Program-made: the position numbers and the translations under genes | Shown: positions 1 to 9,193 of the stretch, one piece after another | How positions within the stretch are numbered: position 1 is the stretch's first letter | Layout: every line of letters starts with the position of its first letter | Notes under the pieces: generated by a model | The model's database searches: none | Seen by the model: only the letters and a program-made list of their open reading frames with translations | What the model was told of the DNA's origin: nothing | DNA from: Desulfotignum sp. | Lineage (GTDB): Bacteria; Desulfobacterota; Desulfobacteria; Desulfobacterales; Desulfobacteraceae | Assembly (NCBI GenBank): GCA_011390335.1 | Contig: JAABSO010000015.1 | Coordinates: 8,972 to 72,971 of the forward strand | DNA: 64,000 nucleotides | Direction: 5' to 3'

Positions 1-742
1 TGCCTTTCCAGGGAATGCCTTCCCCCCGGTCCAGCTCCAGTATCCAACCGGCCACATTGTCCAGAAAATACCGGTCATGGGTCACGGCAATGATGGTGCC
101 TTCGTACCGGTTCAAATGCTGTTCCAGCCAGGACACGGACTCTGCATCCAGGTGGTTGGTGGGCTCATCCAGAAGCAGGATGTCGGGCTTGGACAGCAAA
201 AGCCGGCACAATGCCACCCGGCGCTTTTCCCCCCCGGAGATGACAGCCACTTTCATCTCTTCCGGTGGGCACCGCAGGGCATCCATGGCCATTTTCAACC
301 GGGCATCCAGGTCCCAGGCATCCAGATGGTCCAGTTGTTCCTGGATTTTGCCCTGGCGTTCGATGAGCTTGTCCATCTCATCATCTGACATGGGTTCTGC
401 AAATGCTTCTGAAACCTTTTCATATTCCGCCAGCAGATCCACGGTTTCCTGGACACCTTCCTCCACCACCTCCCGGACGGTTTTGGTTGAATCCACCAAA
501 GGTTCCTGTTCCAGAAACCCGATGGTGTACCCTTTGGATAAAATGGTCTCGCCGGAAAATTCCGTGTCTCTGCCTGCCATGATCCGTAACAACGAGCTTT
601 TGCCTGATCCGTTGAGGCCCAGTACCCCGATCTTGGCCCCGTAGAAATAGGACAAAGAGATATCCTTGAGCACCTGACGCTTGTCGTGGAACTTGCTCAC
701 GTTGATCATGGAGTAGATCACTTTTTTGGTATCTTCGGTCAT
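1..742 (-). CDS. ettA: Energy-dependent translational throttle protein EttA (ABC-F ATPase), 5' part; runs off window edge
   Basis: Manual translation from ATG at 742: MTEDTKKVIYSMINVSKFHDKRQVLKDISLSYFYGAKIGVLGLNGSGKSSLLRIMAG, the typical EttA N-terminus with Walker A. Absent from the ORF track because it is truncated. Confidence 0.92.
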   Translation of the reverse strand, partial: MTEDTKKVIYSMINVSKFHDKRQVLKDISLSYFYGAKIGVLGLNGSGKSSLLRIMAGRDTEFSGETILSKGYTIGFLEQEPLVDSTKTVREVVEEGVQETVDLLAEYEKVSEAFAEPMSDDEMDKLIERQGKIQEQLDHLDAWDLDARLKMAMDALRCPPEEMKVAVISGGEKRRVALCRLLLSKPDILLLDEPTNHLDAESVSWLEQHLNRYEGTIIAVTHDRYFLDNVAGWILELDRGEGIPWKG

Positions 743-752
743 GGTTTTTTCC

Positions 753-1130
753 TTATCCGGTCACGGCAATACATTCAATTTCCACAAGGGCATCCTTGGG
801 CAGGCGGCCCACCTGAAAGGCGGATCTGGCAGGTTTGTGACCTGCCAAAGCTTTTTCATACACCGCGTTCATGCCGGCAAAGTCATCCATGGATGCCAGA
901 AACACCGTGGCTTTTAAAATTTTGTCCAGGCCGGAGCCGGCAGCCGCCAGCACGGCAGCCACATTTTTCATGACCTGTTCGGTCTGTGTTTCGATGGTGT
1001 CTCCTGTGATTTCCATGGTTTCCGGATCCAGAGGGATCTGGCCGGAGGCAAACACCAGGTTTCCCTGGACAATGGCATGGCTGTATGGGCCGATGGCGGC
1101 TGGGGCCGTGGGTGCGGTTATAATGTTCAT
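753..1130 (-). CDS. ridA: RidA family enamine/imine deaminase
   Basis: APAAIGPYSHA, SGQIPLDP, PARSAFQVGRLPKDALVEIE motifs; GGAG RBS. Confidence 0.93.
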   Translation of the reverse strand: MNIITAPTAPAAIGPYSHAIVQGNLVFASGQIPLDPETMEITGDTIETQTEQVMKNVAAVLAAAGSGLDKILKATVFLASMDDFAGMNAVYEKALAGHKPARSAFQVGRLPKDALVEIECIAVTG

Positions 1131-1222
1131 GATATCTCCTTAAACGTTATGGTTGGTTTGTTTTTTCATCATTTGTTGTGCCCGGCAGGGCATAGCTGTT
1201 TATATGAAAGCCTTCAGTACTC

Positions 1223-1270
1223 AGCTAAGAGCTAAGAGCTAAAAGCTAAAAGCTAAAAGCTAAGAGCTAA
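1223..1270. repeat. Heptamer tandem repeat (AGCTAAG/AGCTAAA) x ~7
   Basis: agctaag agctaag agctaaa agctaaa agctaaa agctaag agctaa; the last unit supplies the helicase stop codon. Confidence 0.95.
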
Positions 1271-3381
1271 TGGTACTGGGTGATTACCGGTTCCTTGAGA
1301 ATCAGGTCGATGGCTTGCTTTGCCGCCAGGGCCACCCGGGGAAAACTCTGGTCGATTTTGGCGATCTGGCGCAGGTTTTCCGCAGTGCGCAGGATCAGCC
1401 GTGCAAAATCACCTTCTGCATAATCAGATCCAGCCATAAGGTCTTCCCAGGGGGTGTCATGGGCCCAGGAATACATGAGAAATGCCGGCTGGACAAAGAG
1501 GTTGGGGGCTGAAAAGCCGCTGGACAGCAATTTCAAGGCAAAGGGTTTCAGCCCTTTTCTCACAGAAAGAAAGCTCTGCTTGAGCCGTTTGGGAAGGGCA
1601 CCTTCAAACAGCAGGTCATCCTTGAACTCTTTTTCATTGACAAAGGCGGCCATGATGGCGGCCAGCAATGCCGGGTCCTGGTCCGGCAGAAGATTGTGCC
1701 GGATTCCCTCGGCCACCAGCAAAGGGGAATCGATTCTCAGTTTTGATGCCCACAGACCGTCTTGGGTAAGGCTGCCGTCATGGGTGATAAAGCCTTCTTG
1801 TGCCAGAAAGTCCATATGGGCCAGAAAATCATTCCACAGCAGTGCCAGGTCCTGGCCGAACCGTTTCCTGGCTGCTTTGGAGCGTTTTCTTCCCGCAGTG
1901 ATAAGGTAGGAGGCAAAGGAGTTGTTCAGCAGGGTCCGGATCTGGTCAGGGTTGTGGGAAAGCAGCAGGTTCAGGACCATGGAAAAATCGATTTTGATCT
2001 GGCTGTCCACATCCAGGGCCGGGGCATTCACCAGTGTGGCAATTTTTTTAACATCCATAAATTTGCCCGGCAGCACGAGGGCAAATCCGATATTGTCCAT
2101 GCCCCGGCGGCCGGCCCGGCCGGCCATTTGCTGGAACTCACTGGGGGTCAGGGATTGAAAATCCACGCCGTTGAACCGGTCGGAATTTAAAATTACCACA
2201 GACCGGGCAGGAAAATTCACCCCTGCCGCCACCGTGGAGGTGGCAAACATGGCATTGAGCAACCCCTTTGCCATCAGGGTTTCCACCACCACCTTCCATG
2301 CCGGCAGATGGCCGCTGTGGTGGGCGGCGCACCCTTTGCGGGCCAGATCCCGGCGGTGGGGGTGGTCGCCTAAGTGGGGATTGCCTGCCACAAGGTCATC
2401 TAAGGTCTGCTCCAGGGCAGCCTTTTTTTTTGGTGTTTTGTTGAGCAGGTCAGGGTTGCACAGCTTGAGGGCCTGGTCACAGTCAGCCCTGGATTTTAAA
2501 AAAAAGATGGCCGGCAGCAGGTCAAATTTGTCCATGACTGCAAGGATCTGCCCGAAATCAGGCAGCCGGCCCGGCGGAGCAATAGCCGGCGGATTTTTGG
2601 TGTTTGCATAGGCAAAGACTTTTTCATGGAGCTTAGGCGAGGGACTGGTATTTTTTTCAAGCAAAGGATACAAGGTGCCGGAAGGGTGAAAAAATATCGG
2701 GTGCAGCGGTACCGGCCGCCGCTTGTTTTCCACGATGCGGCAGGGTCGGCCCCTGATGGCGGTCAGCCATCCGGCAATCTGGTCGGAATTGCCGATGGTG
2801 GCGGACAGCAAAAGCAGCGGGATGCGCACCGGCAGGTAGATCATGATCTCTTCCCACACCACCCCGCGCTCCGCATCTCCGAGATAATGGGCTTCATCCA
2901 GGATGATCAGGTCGCAGTTGAGGTTTTCACCGGTGTGCATGGCATCATAGAGCTGGTTTCTCAGGATCTCTGTGGTGCCGATGATGACAGCGGCATCGGC
3001 ATTTTCCTTGATATCACCGGTGAGTATGCCTACGTTTTTCTCCCCGAACAGTTGGGAAAACCGGGTGTGGATGGAGTTTGTCAATGCCTTGAGGGGCGTG
3101 GCATACCAGATCCTGCCGTTTTTTTCCAGAGATTTTCTGGTCACCTCCTCGGCAATCCAGGTTTTTCCTGCACCTGTGGGGGCGGTCACCAGACAGTCTG
3201 TATCCTGGATAGCCTGGATGGCTTCAAGCTGAAACGGATCAGGGATAAAAGGTTTGTCTTCCGGCACACCGATTTTTTCAAATATGCGTAGAAGTCCTTT
3301 GTCCGCACCGGGTTTCATGGGCGGTATCTGCTTTGGCCTGCGCCGGGGCTTTGTTTCTTTGTGGTATCGTTTTGTTTTCAT
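1267..3381 (-). CDS. DEAD/DEAH-box helicase, Ski2/HelY-like superfamily II
   Basis: APTGAGKT, TPLKALTN, ILDEAHY, LLSAT, ATSTVAAGVNFP, QMAGRAGRRGMD; start placed at MKTKRY (uncertain). Confidence 0.9.
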   Translation of the reverse strand: MKTKRYHKETKPRRRPKQIPPMKPGADKGLLRIFEKIGVPEDKPFIPDPFQLEAIQAIQDTDCLVTAPTGAGKTWIAEEVTRKSLEKNGRIWYATPLKALTNSIHTRFSQLFGEKNVGILTGDIKENADAAVIIGTTEILRNQLYDAMHTGENLNCDLIILDEAHYLGDAERGVVWEEIMIYLPVRIPLLLLSATIGNSDQIAGWLTAIRGRPCRIVENKRRPVPLHPIFFHPSGTLYPLLEKNTSPSPKLHEKVFAYANTKNPPAIAPPGRLPDFGQILAVMDKFDLLPAIFFLKSRADCDQALKLCNPDLLNKTPKKKAALEQTLDDLVAGNPHLGDHPHRRDLARKGCAAHHSGHLPAWKVVVETLMAKGLLNAMFATSTVAAGVNFPARSVVILNSDRFNGVDFQSLTPSEFQQMAGRAGRRGMDNIGFALVLPGKFMDVKKIATLVNAPALDVDSQIKIDFSMVLNLLLSHNPDQIRTLLNNSFASYLITAGRKRSKAARKRFGQDLALLWNDFLAHMDFLAQEGFITHDGSLTQDGLWASKLRIDSPLLVAEGIRHNLLPDQDPALLAAIMAAFVNEKEFKDDLLFEGALPKRLKQSFLSVRKGLKPFALKLLSSGFSAPNLFVQPAFLMYSWAHDTPWEDLMAGSDYAEGDFARLILRTAENLRQIAKIDQSFPRVALAAKQAIDLILKEPVITQYH

Positions 3382-3481
3382 GTGGGCCAATTGTAACCAA
3401 TATCCGTGAAATGTGCAAGCCCTGCCTGGATCATGCTCAGGGCTAACGCAAGTAACCATTCTGAGGTTCCTTTAGGTTCCG

Positions 3482-3593
3482 GACCTTTGCCGGGAGATTT
3501 CGACATGTCATAAGACCCGTGCCGGGGGGTCCCTGTGGGTCTCACCCTCTGCCGCGTTTGACATGGAGTAGGGCATGGCTGCGCTGAACAGCA
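3482..3593. repeat. Partial copy of the dispersed element at 30228-30524 (one degenerate 32-bp unit plus left hairpin arm)
   Basis: 3514-3547 matches 30324-30357 at 32/34 nt and similarity continues to ~3593; preceded exactly 32 bp earlier by gacctttgccggga...tgtcataa. Confidence 0.8.
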
Positions 3594-3893
3594 TTCATAA
3601 AATAAGTTCCCATGCCGCTTTACATGCAATTGCCCTGGGATCATGCATATCCCGATTTTTATGGCAGGATTTATACTGCTGTTGCCCGTAATGCCCGGAT
3701 ACCGGGGCAGGATCATATGCCGGGTCCGCCGTCAGGAAAAAAACTTGACACGACATCCTGGTTATGCGTATCGAAGAATATTTTATTATCGATGTAATAA
3801 AATAATTAATACCAGGATCTTTGCGGTCCCGCATGACTGATCCGGTAAATGTAAACACCTGCGTATGGGCAGGTACAAAGGGGCGTAAAATCC

Positions 3894-5066
3894 GTGGGGT
3901 CCAGAGTTCCTCATATTGTTGTCATCGGCGGTGGTGTCATCGGGACATCCATTGCCTGGCATCTGGCAAAAAAAGCGGCCAGGGTGACCTTGATCGAATC
4001 CAATGACCTGGCATCCGGCAGTTCCGGTGCCTGTGACGGCCTGGTGTTCATGCAGTCCAAAAAACCGGGTATCCATCTGCGCCTTGCCATGGAAAGCCTG
4101 AAGCGGTTTTCTGATCTGAAAAAAGAACTGCCCATGGACATAGAGTTCAGGCAGGCCGGGGGCCGGGTGGTTATCCAGACCCCGGCGGAATATCAGGCCA
4201 TGGAACAGTTTGTCCAGGCCCAGCAGGAGATCGGCCTGGATGTGTGCCTGATGGATGCAAAAGACACGCTGGCAGCAGAACCGTTCTTATCCCCGGACAT
4301 TTACGGGTCCACCTGGTCTCCTCTGGATGCCCAGGTAAACCCCATCAAGTTGACCTTGGGATTTGCCCTGGGTGCCCGAAAGAATCATGCCTGCATCATG
4401 ACCCGCTCACCGGTGCTGGGCATTCACACAAAAAACAACCGGGTGACCGGGGTGGTCACCACCAAAGGGGAGATGGCCGCAGATATGGTGGTCAATGCCG
4501 CAGGGGCACGCTCCGGCCTGATTGCTCAGATGGTGGGGATTGACCTGCCTGTCCGGCCGCGGCGGGGCCAGCTTGTGGTGACCCAGGCCACATCCCGGAT
4601 GATTTTTTCCTGTATGATTTCAGCCGGGTATATTGCCGCCAAATTTGATCCGTCACTGGCGGATGACGCAGGAGAAGGCATGTCCATGGAGCAGACTGAT
4701 AACGGAAACCTGCTGCTGGGATCCACCCGGGAATTTGAGGGATTCTGCACACAAAATACCCTGTCGGGCATCCGCAGAATCATTTCACGAACAACCGCCA
4801 TCCTGCCGGCATTGACACGCCTTCAGGTGATCCGGACCTTTGCCGGCCTTCGGCCCTTTACGCCGGACGGCCTGCCCATCCTGGGGCCGGTTGCGTCCAT
4901 GGACGGGTTTTTCATGGCAGCCGGGCATGAGGGGGACGGCATCGCCCTGTCTCCGATCACAGGAGAACTTGTGGCAGACATGATCCTGGGGCAGAAGTCG
5001 GCCATTCCCCTGACCCCCTTTTCTTTGGAACGATTTACCACCCCAAAAGGACAGGCCCATGGGTAA
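3894..5066 (+). CDS. FAD-dependent amino-acid oxidase/dehydrogenase subunit (DadA/HcnC/OoxB-like)
   Basis: VIGGGVIG Rossmann motif, AGLRPFTPDGLPILG, AAGHEGDGIALSP. Confidence 0.88.
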   Translation: MGSRVPHIVVIGGGVIGTSIAWHLAKKAARVTLIESNDLASGSSGACDGLVFMQSKKPGIHLRLAMESLKRFSDLKKELPMDIEFRQAGGRVVIQTPAEYQAMEQFVQAQQEIGLDVCLMDAKDTLAAEPFLSPDIYGSTWSPLDAQVNPIKLTLGFALGARKNHACIMTRSPVLGIHTKNNRVTGVVTTKGEMAADMVVNAAGARSGLIAQMVGIDLPVRPRRGQLVVTQATSRMIFSCMISAGYIAAKFDPSLADDAGEGMSMEQTDNGNLLLGSTREFEGFCTQNTLSGIRRIISRTTAILPALTRLQVIRTFAGLRPFTPDGLPILGPVASMDGFFMAAGHEGDGIALSPITGELVADMILGQKSAIPLTPFSLERFTTPKGQAHG

Positions 5067-5349
5067 TACAGATACGGATCTGCGGATTGCCTGTGCAAAC
5101 CGGGGCCCAAAAATTACTTTGCAAGTGGATGGCGTGCCCTGTGTAGCCTATGAGGGGGAAACCGTTCATGCCGCTTTGCTGGCCGCCGGTATCCGTGCCT
5201 TGCGGATTGCCGGAAAAACCGGTGAGTCCCGGGGAATTTTCTGCGGCATGGGCATCTGCTATGAATGCCGGGTCACCATCAACGGGGTCCCGGACAAGCA
5301 GGCCTGCATGACCATTGCAACCGACGGCATGCAGATTGAAACCCGATGA
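5059..5349 (+). CDS. 2Fe-2S subunit (HcnA/sarcosine oxidase alpha N-terminal-like)
   Basis: GETVHAALLAAG, RGIFCGMGICYEC...AC cysteine pattern; overlaps upstream stop. Confidence 0.88.
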   Translation: MGNTDTDLRIACANRGPKITLQVDGVPCVAYEGETVHAALLAAGIRALRIAGKTGESRGIFCGMGICYECRVTINGVPDKQACMTIATDGMQIETR

Positions 5350-5362
5350 AAAAGAGGCAGTC

Positions 5363-6805
5363 GTGAAGCGGGCGTATGATGTGGTGATCGTGGGCTCCGG
5401 GGTCGCCGGTATTGCCGCTGCCAATACCCTGGCCGGTCATGGATTGGAAATCCTTGTCATTGATGAGAACCCCCATGCCGGGGGCCAGATACTCAGACAA
5501 AACTGCCGGGTCACAGACGGGTTCTGGGAATTTGACCCGCGTCTTGGGCGATCCGGCAGGACGGTTTCAATCCGGAAAATCGTTCAGAGCCTGAGGCCGA
5601 TCCAGCGGCCCAAAGGGATTACCTGTGTTCATCAGGCCCGGGTACTGGGAATTTTTTCGGACCTGCAGCTGCTGGTTCATGTGCCGGATACCCTGTACCC
5701 GGGCGGTTCTGGATCCGGACGTGTGCTGGAGATTGATGCCGGATACCTGTTGCTGGCCACCGGAGCCAGGGAGCGCTGCCTGCCCTTTAAAGGATGGACC
5801 CTGCCCGGGGTCATGTCTCTGGGGGCGGCCCAGATTCTGATGAAAAGTTCGGGTATTCTGCCGGCCCGTAAAACCCTGATTGCGGGCACCAGCCCGCTTC
5901 AGACGGTTCTGGCCCTGGAGATTCTCAAAAACAAAGGAAACGTGACCGCGATTCTGGATGAAAACCATTTGACGAAAAAGCTGGGCCTGCTGCCGCTTTT
6001 GAAACACCATGGATCCCTGGCAGGGGAGGGGGCCATGCAGATGCTTCGTCTGTTGATCCGGCAGGTGCGGTTTCGCCAGGGGGTCCGGGTGACGGAAGCC
6101 AGAGGGAAAAATGGATTGTCAGCTGTCGTGACAGCCGGCCTCGACAGAAAGGGAAACACGGTACCCGGCACGTTTCAGACGTATCCCGCCAGAGCACTGG
6201 CAGTGGGGCATGGCTTTACTGCCAACATCGAGCTGCCGGTCCAGGCCGGATGCGCTCTGGATTACGATGCAGACAGGGGCGGATGGGTGGTCCGGGTGGA
6301 CGATGCCCTTGAAACATCAGTGGCTGAAGTGTATGCAGCCGGAGAGATTACGGGCATTGCAGGGGCTGGAAAATCCTTTGTGGAAGGAAAACTGGCAGCG
6401 GTGTCAATTCTGGAAAAACTGGGGGAAAAAACAGGTCCGGATGTGTGTGTTCCGGAACTGGTCCGGATGCAGAAACAGCAGATGGGATATGCCTCATTTT
6501 TGAATCAGCTGTGCCAGGTGCCTTCATCCGCTTATGAGGCCATTGACGATGAAGTTCTGATCTGTCGGTGCGAAGAGATCTCTATGGGAGAGATCAGAAA
6601 ACAAATTTCCCAGGGGTTTGTCACTGGAGGCAGCCTGAAAAAAGCCACCCGATGCGGCATGGGACGGTGTCAGGGCCGGATTTGCCAGCCACTCCTGTTT
6701 GATATCCTCCAGGCCTTGACCGGCCAAACCCCGGAACAGATCGGCAGTCCTTCTTTCCGGGCTCCGGTGAAAAATGTTCCCCTGGAATCGTTTTTACACC
6801 CATGA
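5363..6805 (+). CDS. NAD(P)/FAD-dependent oxidoreductase with C-terminal BFD-like 2Fe-2S domain (HcnB/OoxA-like)
   Basis: IVGSGVAG, LATGARER..PFKGWTLPGV, ICRCEE...TRCGMGRCQGRIC; GTG start after GAGG. Confidence 0.88.
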   Translation: MKRAYDVVIVGSGVAGIAAANTLAGHGLEILVIDENPHAGGQILRQNCRVTDGFWEFDPRLGRSGRTVSIRKIVQSLRPIQRPKGITCVHQARVLGIFSDLQLLVHVPDTLYPGGSGSGRVLEIDAGYLLLATGARERCLPFKGWTLPGVMSLGAAQILMKSSGILPARKTLIAGTSPLQTVLALEILKNKGNVTAILDENHLTKKLGLLPLLKHHGSLAGEGAMQMLRLLIRQVRFRQGVRVTEARGKNGLSAVVTAGLDRKGNTVPGTFQTYPARALAVGHGFTANIELPVQAGCALDYDADRGGWVVRVDDALETSVAEVYAAGEITGIAGAGKSFVEGKLAAVSILEKLGEKTGPDVCVPELVRMQKQQMGYASFLNQLCQVPSSAYEAIDDEVLICRCEEISMGEIRKQISQGFVTGGSLKKATRCGMGRCQGRICQPLLFDILQALTGQTPEQIGSPSFRAPVKNVPLESFLHP

Positions 6806-6808
6806 TCC

Positions 6809-6830
6809 TGCGCCAGGTGCACCTGGCGCA
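6809..6830. terminator. Perfect palindrome between convergent genes; probable bidirectional terminator
   Basis: tgcgccaggtgcacctggcgca (22-nt perfect palindrome) just after the 6805 stop. Confidence 0.55.
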
Positions 6831-6846
6831 AACCCTTTTGCCGTTA

Positions 6847-7074
6847 TTACACGGCCCTTTTTAATTTTAGTATTTTGGCTTGTGATGATTCCAATATGGA
6901 ATCGCGAAGAAAAGAACTTGCCTCTAATATTTCTATGCCGATTAACTCACCACTTTCATTTAACTCGGCTGTGATATTTGGGCTCAGTTCAATGCTGTCA
7001 GCTTCTTTTTCCTCGGAGATAACTATGTGCAAAATATCTTCATCTTTAAAGTATGTCATTTTTGTTTTATCCAT
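6847..7074 (-). CDS. DUF2283-like small protein (putative antitoxin)
   Basis: YFKDEDILHI...ELNESGELIGIEILEAS pattern; GGAG RBS; overlaps partner gene. Confidence 0.75.
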   Translation of the reverse strand: MDKTKMTYFKDEDILHIVISEEKEADSIELSPNITAELNESGELIGIEILEASSFLRDSILESSQAKILKLKRAV

Positions 7075-7348
7075 ATATGAATCTCCCTGTTTTAAGCCGG
7101 AAATTAATCTGTTGTCGCGTTGTTGCATGAATTGTGACGGGTGTTATTTCGTTCCCATGCTTTTCATATGGAATTATAACTAGCCTTTGATCATGTTTGC
7201 CTACTGCAATTACACGTTGGGTTGTCGTATCGAAGAATCTTTCTTCAGAGTGCAGTAATATATTTTCAAGTTTTGAAAATCCCCTTAATTCTGTTTTATA
7301 TTTCATATATTCAGTCCATAGGATAACAGACTTTTCAGGGTTTTCCAC
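7067..7348 (-). CDS. Small RelE-fold/DUF4258-like protein (putative toxin)
   Basis: ~93 aa, WTEYMKYKTELRG...VIIPYEKHGNEITPVTIH..., GTG start after GGAGG, immediately upstream of DUF2283-like gene, AT-rich. Confidence 0.6.
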   Translation of the reverse strand: MENPEKSVILWTEYMKYKTELRGFSKLENILLHSEERFFDTTTQRVIAVGKHDQRLVIIPYEKHGNEITPVTIHATTRQQINFRLKTGRFIYG

Positions 7349-7476
7349 ATCCCCTCCAATCATTTATTGTTATTATACCCTATATCTTCAATTTCAGGCT
7401 AATATTATTTTTAGGATAACATCATTTTGCGCAATTCTGTCCGGGCCCGCGCCGTGGACAGACAAGTGAATTGCCT

Positions 7477-9180
7477 TTATGGTGTCATCTCATAGGTGTT
7501 TTTCAGGGCCATGACATGGTTTTCCCAGATCCGGTTGAACCGGTCGGTGTCTGTGACCGGTTTTTTTATCATCTTTATGCAAAAATCCATTTGCGCTTTG
7601 GTGGTGACGGGTTTGGCATACAGCTTCAAGGCGAATTCACTGAAATCTCTGATCATGACATCGAAAATTAGTTCCAGCAGATCCGGGTCGATTTTGTCCA
7701 TGTGAAATTTTTCAATGATGAGCTGGCCATAGGCCACCAGGGTGAACAGCTCCCCTAAGTACAGCAGAAAATCCATGTTTTTGGCCTGCGCTTTGTCCGG
7801 GGTGGCGGTCATGAGCATCCGGGCCAGCTGGTCGATCTGCTCTTTGAAGATGTTGACATTGGGCAGGTCCACGCTGTCATAGGCCAGGTGATAATCATGG
7901 AACTGGATTTTGCCCAGCCCTTTTGTTTCACCCTGGTTGAACAAAAATGTATCACATCCCGGGTGATCCTGTCTGGGAATCTTAGAGAATGTGCCGGGTT
8001 TGAAAAAATAGTTGGCCATGAACTTGATGATCAATGCCATGTTCACATGCACAGTGCCTTCCAGTTTGGGCAGAGACCGTATGTCTGTGGCAGCCATTTC
8101 AAAATAGGTGTCTTTTTCAAACCCCTTTGCCGCGATCACATCCCAGATGAGGTTGACAACATTTTCCCCTTCACAGGTCACCTTCATTTTGACCATGGGA
8201 TTGTACAGAAGATACCGCCGGTCCTGTGCCGAGGCGCTGCGAAAATAATCGGCAGCCCTCTGGGAAAACAGCTTCATGGCGGTCAGGCGGGTGTAGGCGT
8301 CCACAAGAATCTGGCGGATATGGGGGAAATCGGTGACCATTCTGCCGTACAGGTTACGGCCGGCCGCATGGTTGAGGCCTTCGTAAAAGGCATGGGTGCA
8401 GATACCGATGGATGCCCAGCCCAGGTTGAATTTTCCCACGTTGATGGTGTTTAATGCGCTGTCCCAGGCAGCCCGGCCCGTGGACATGATCTGTGCATCG
8501 GTTACAGGATATCCGTTCAGGGCATATTCCGCCACATACCCTTCCCAGTCCACCAGGTTCTGGACCAGGTCATAGTTGTCATGGGCAGGATCTGCCGCAA
8601 AAAACACATATTCATCTGTTTCCGAGTTTTTGGCAAAGGTGGACACAATGCCTGCCTGGTTGGCATTGCCGATATAGTATTTTCCGCCGTCAGCCACATA
8701 CCGGCCGTCTCCCAAGGGGGTCAAGGCCATTTCCGAAGCATACAGATCCGCCCCATGGGCTTTTTCAGACAAACCAAAGGCAAAGATATGCCCGTCTTTA
8801 AGCAACTGCGCTGTTTTTTCCTTGAGCTGCTCATTGTCCCCCATCCAGATGGGCCCTAATCCCAGAATGGATACCTGCCAGGCATACCAGTGGGCCAGGT
8901 TGTAAAAGCTTAAAATTTCATTGAAATCACAGATACGCCGTGTGTCCCACCGGGCATTTTCATTGTCTACGGCATATTTTTTTGGGGTGAGCAGGGTGGC
9001 AAAGATCTGGTTTTCCTTTAAAAAATCCAGAAAATCCTGGTACCAGACCCTCTGGTGAAAATCTGCTTTGAGTCGTTTTTTGCCGCGGCTTTCAAAATAT
9101 GCGATTGTTTTTTTCATGATCTGCCTGGATGCCGGATCCAGGTGGTCATAGGTGGCGGTCTTTGGATTGAATAAAATCAT
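7477..9180 (-). CDS. Acyl-CoA dehydrogenase family protein
   Basis: FAFGLSEKAHGAD, GGKYYIGNA, LPKLEGTVHVN. Confidence 0.9.
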   Translation of the reverse strand: MILFNPKTATYDHLDPASRQIMKKTIAYFESRGKKRLKADFHQRVWYQDFLDFLKENQIFATLLTPKKYAVDNENARWDTRRICDFNEILSFYNLAHWYAWQVSILGLGPIWMGDNEQLKEKTAQLLKDGHIFAFGLSEKAHGADLYASEMALTPLGDGRYVADGGKYYIGNANQAGIVSTFAKNSETDEYVFFAADPAHDNYDLVQNLVDWEGYVAEYALNGYPVTDAQIMSTGRAAWDSALNTINVGKFNLGWASIGICTHAFYEGLNHAAGRNLYGRMVTDFPHIRQILVDAYTRLTAMKLFSQRAADYFRSASAQDRRYLLYNPMVKMKVTCEGENVVNLIWDVIAAKGFEKDTYFEMAATDIRSLPKLEGTVHVNMALIIKFMANYFFKPGTFSKIPRQDHPGCDTFLFNQGETKGLGKIQFHDYHLAYDSVDLPNVNIFKEQIDQLARMLMTATPDKAQAKNMDFLLYLGELFTLVAYGQLIIEKFHMDKIDPDLLELIFDVMIRDFSEFALKLYAKPVTTKAQMDFCIKMIKKPVTDTDRFNRIWENHVMALKNTYEMTP

Positions 9181-9193
9181 GCTGTGGTTCCTC

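Noticed and set aside
3894-6805. Calling the operon hcnABC (cyanide synthase)
   Set aside because: The architecture is shared by several amino-acid dehydrogenases and the gene order differs; substrate unsupported
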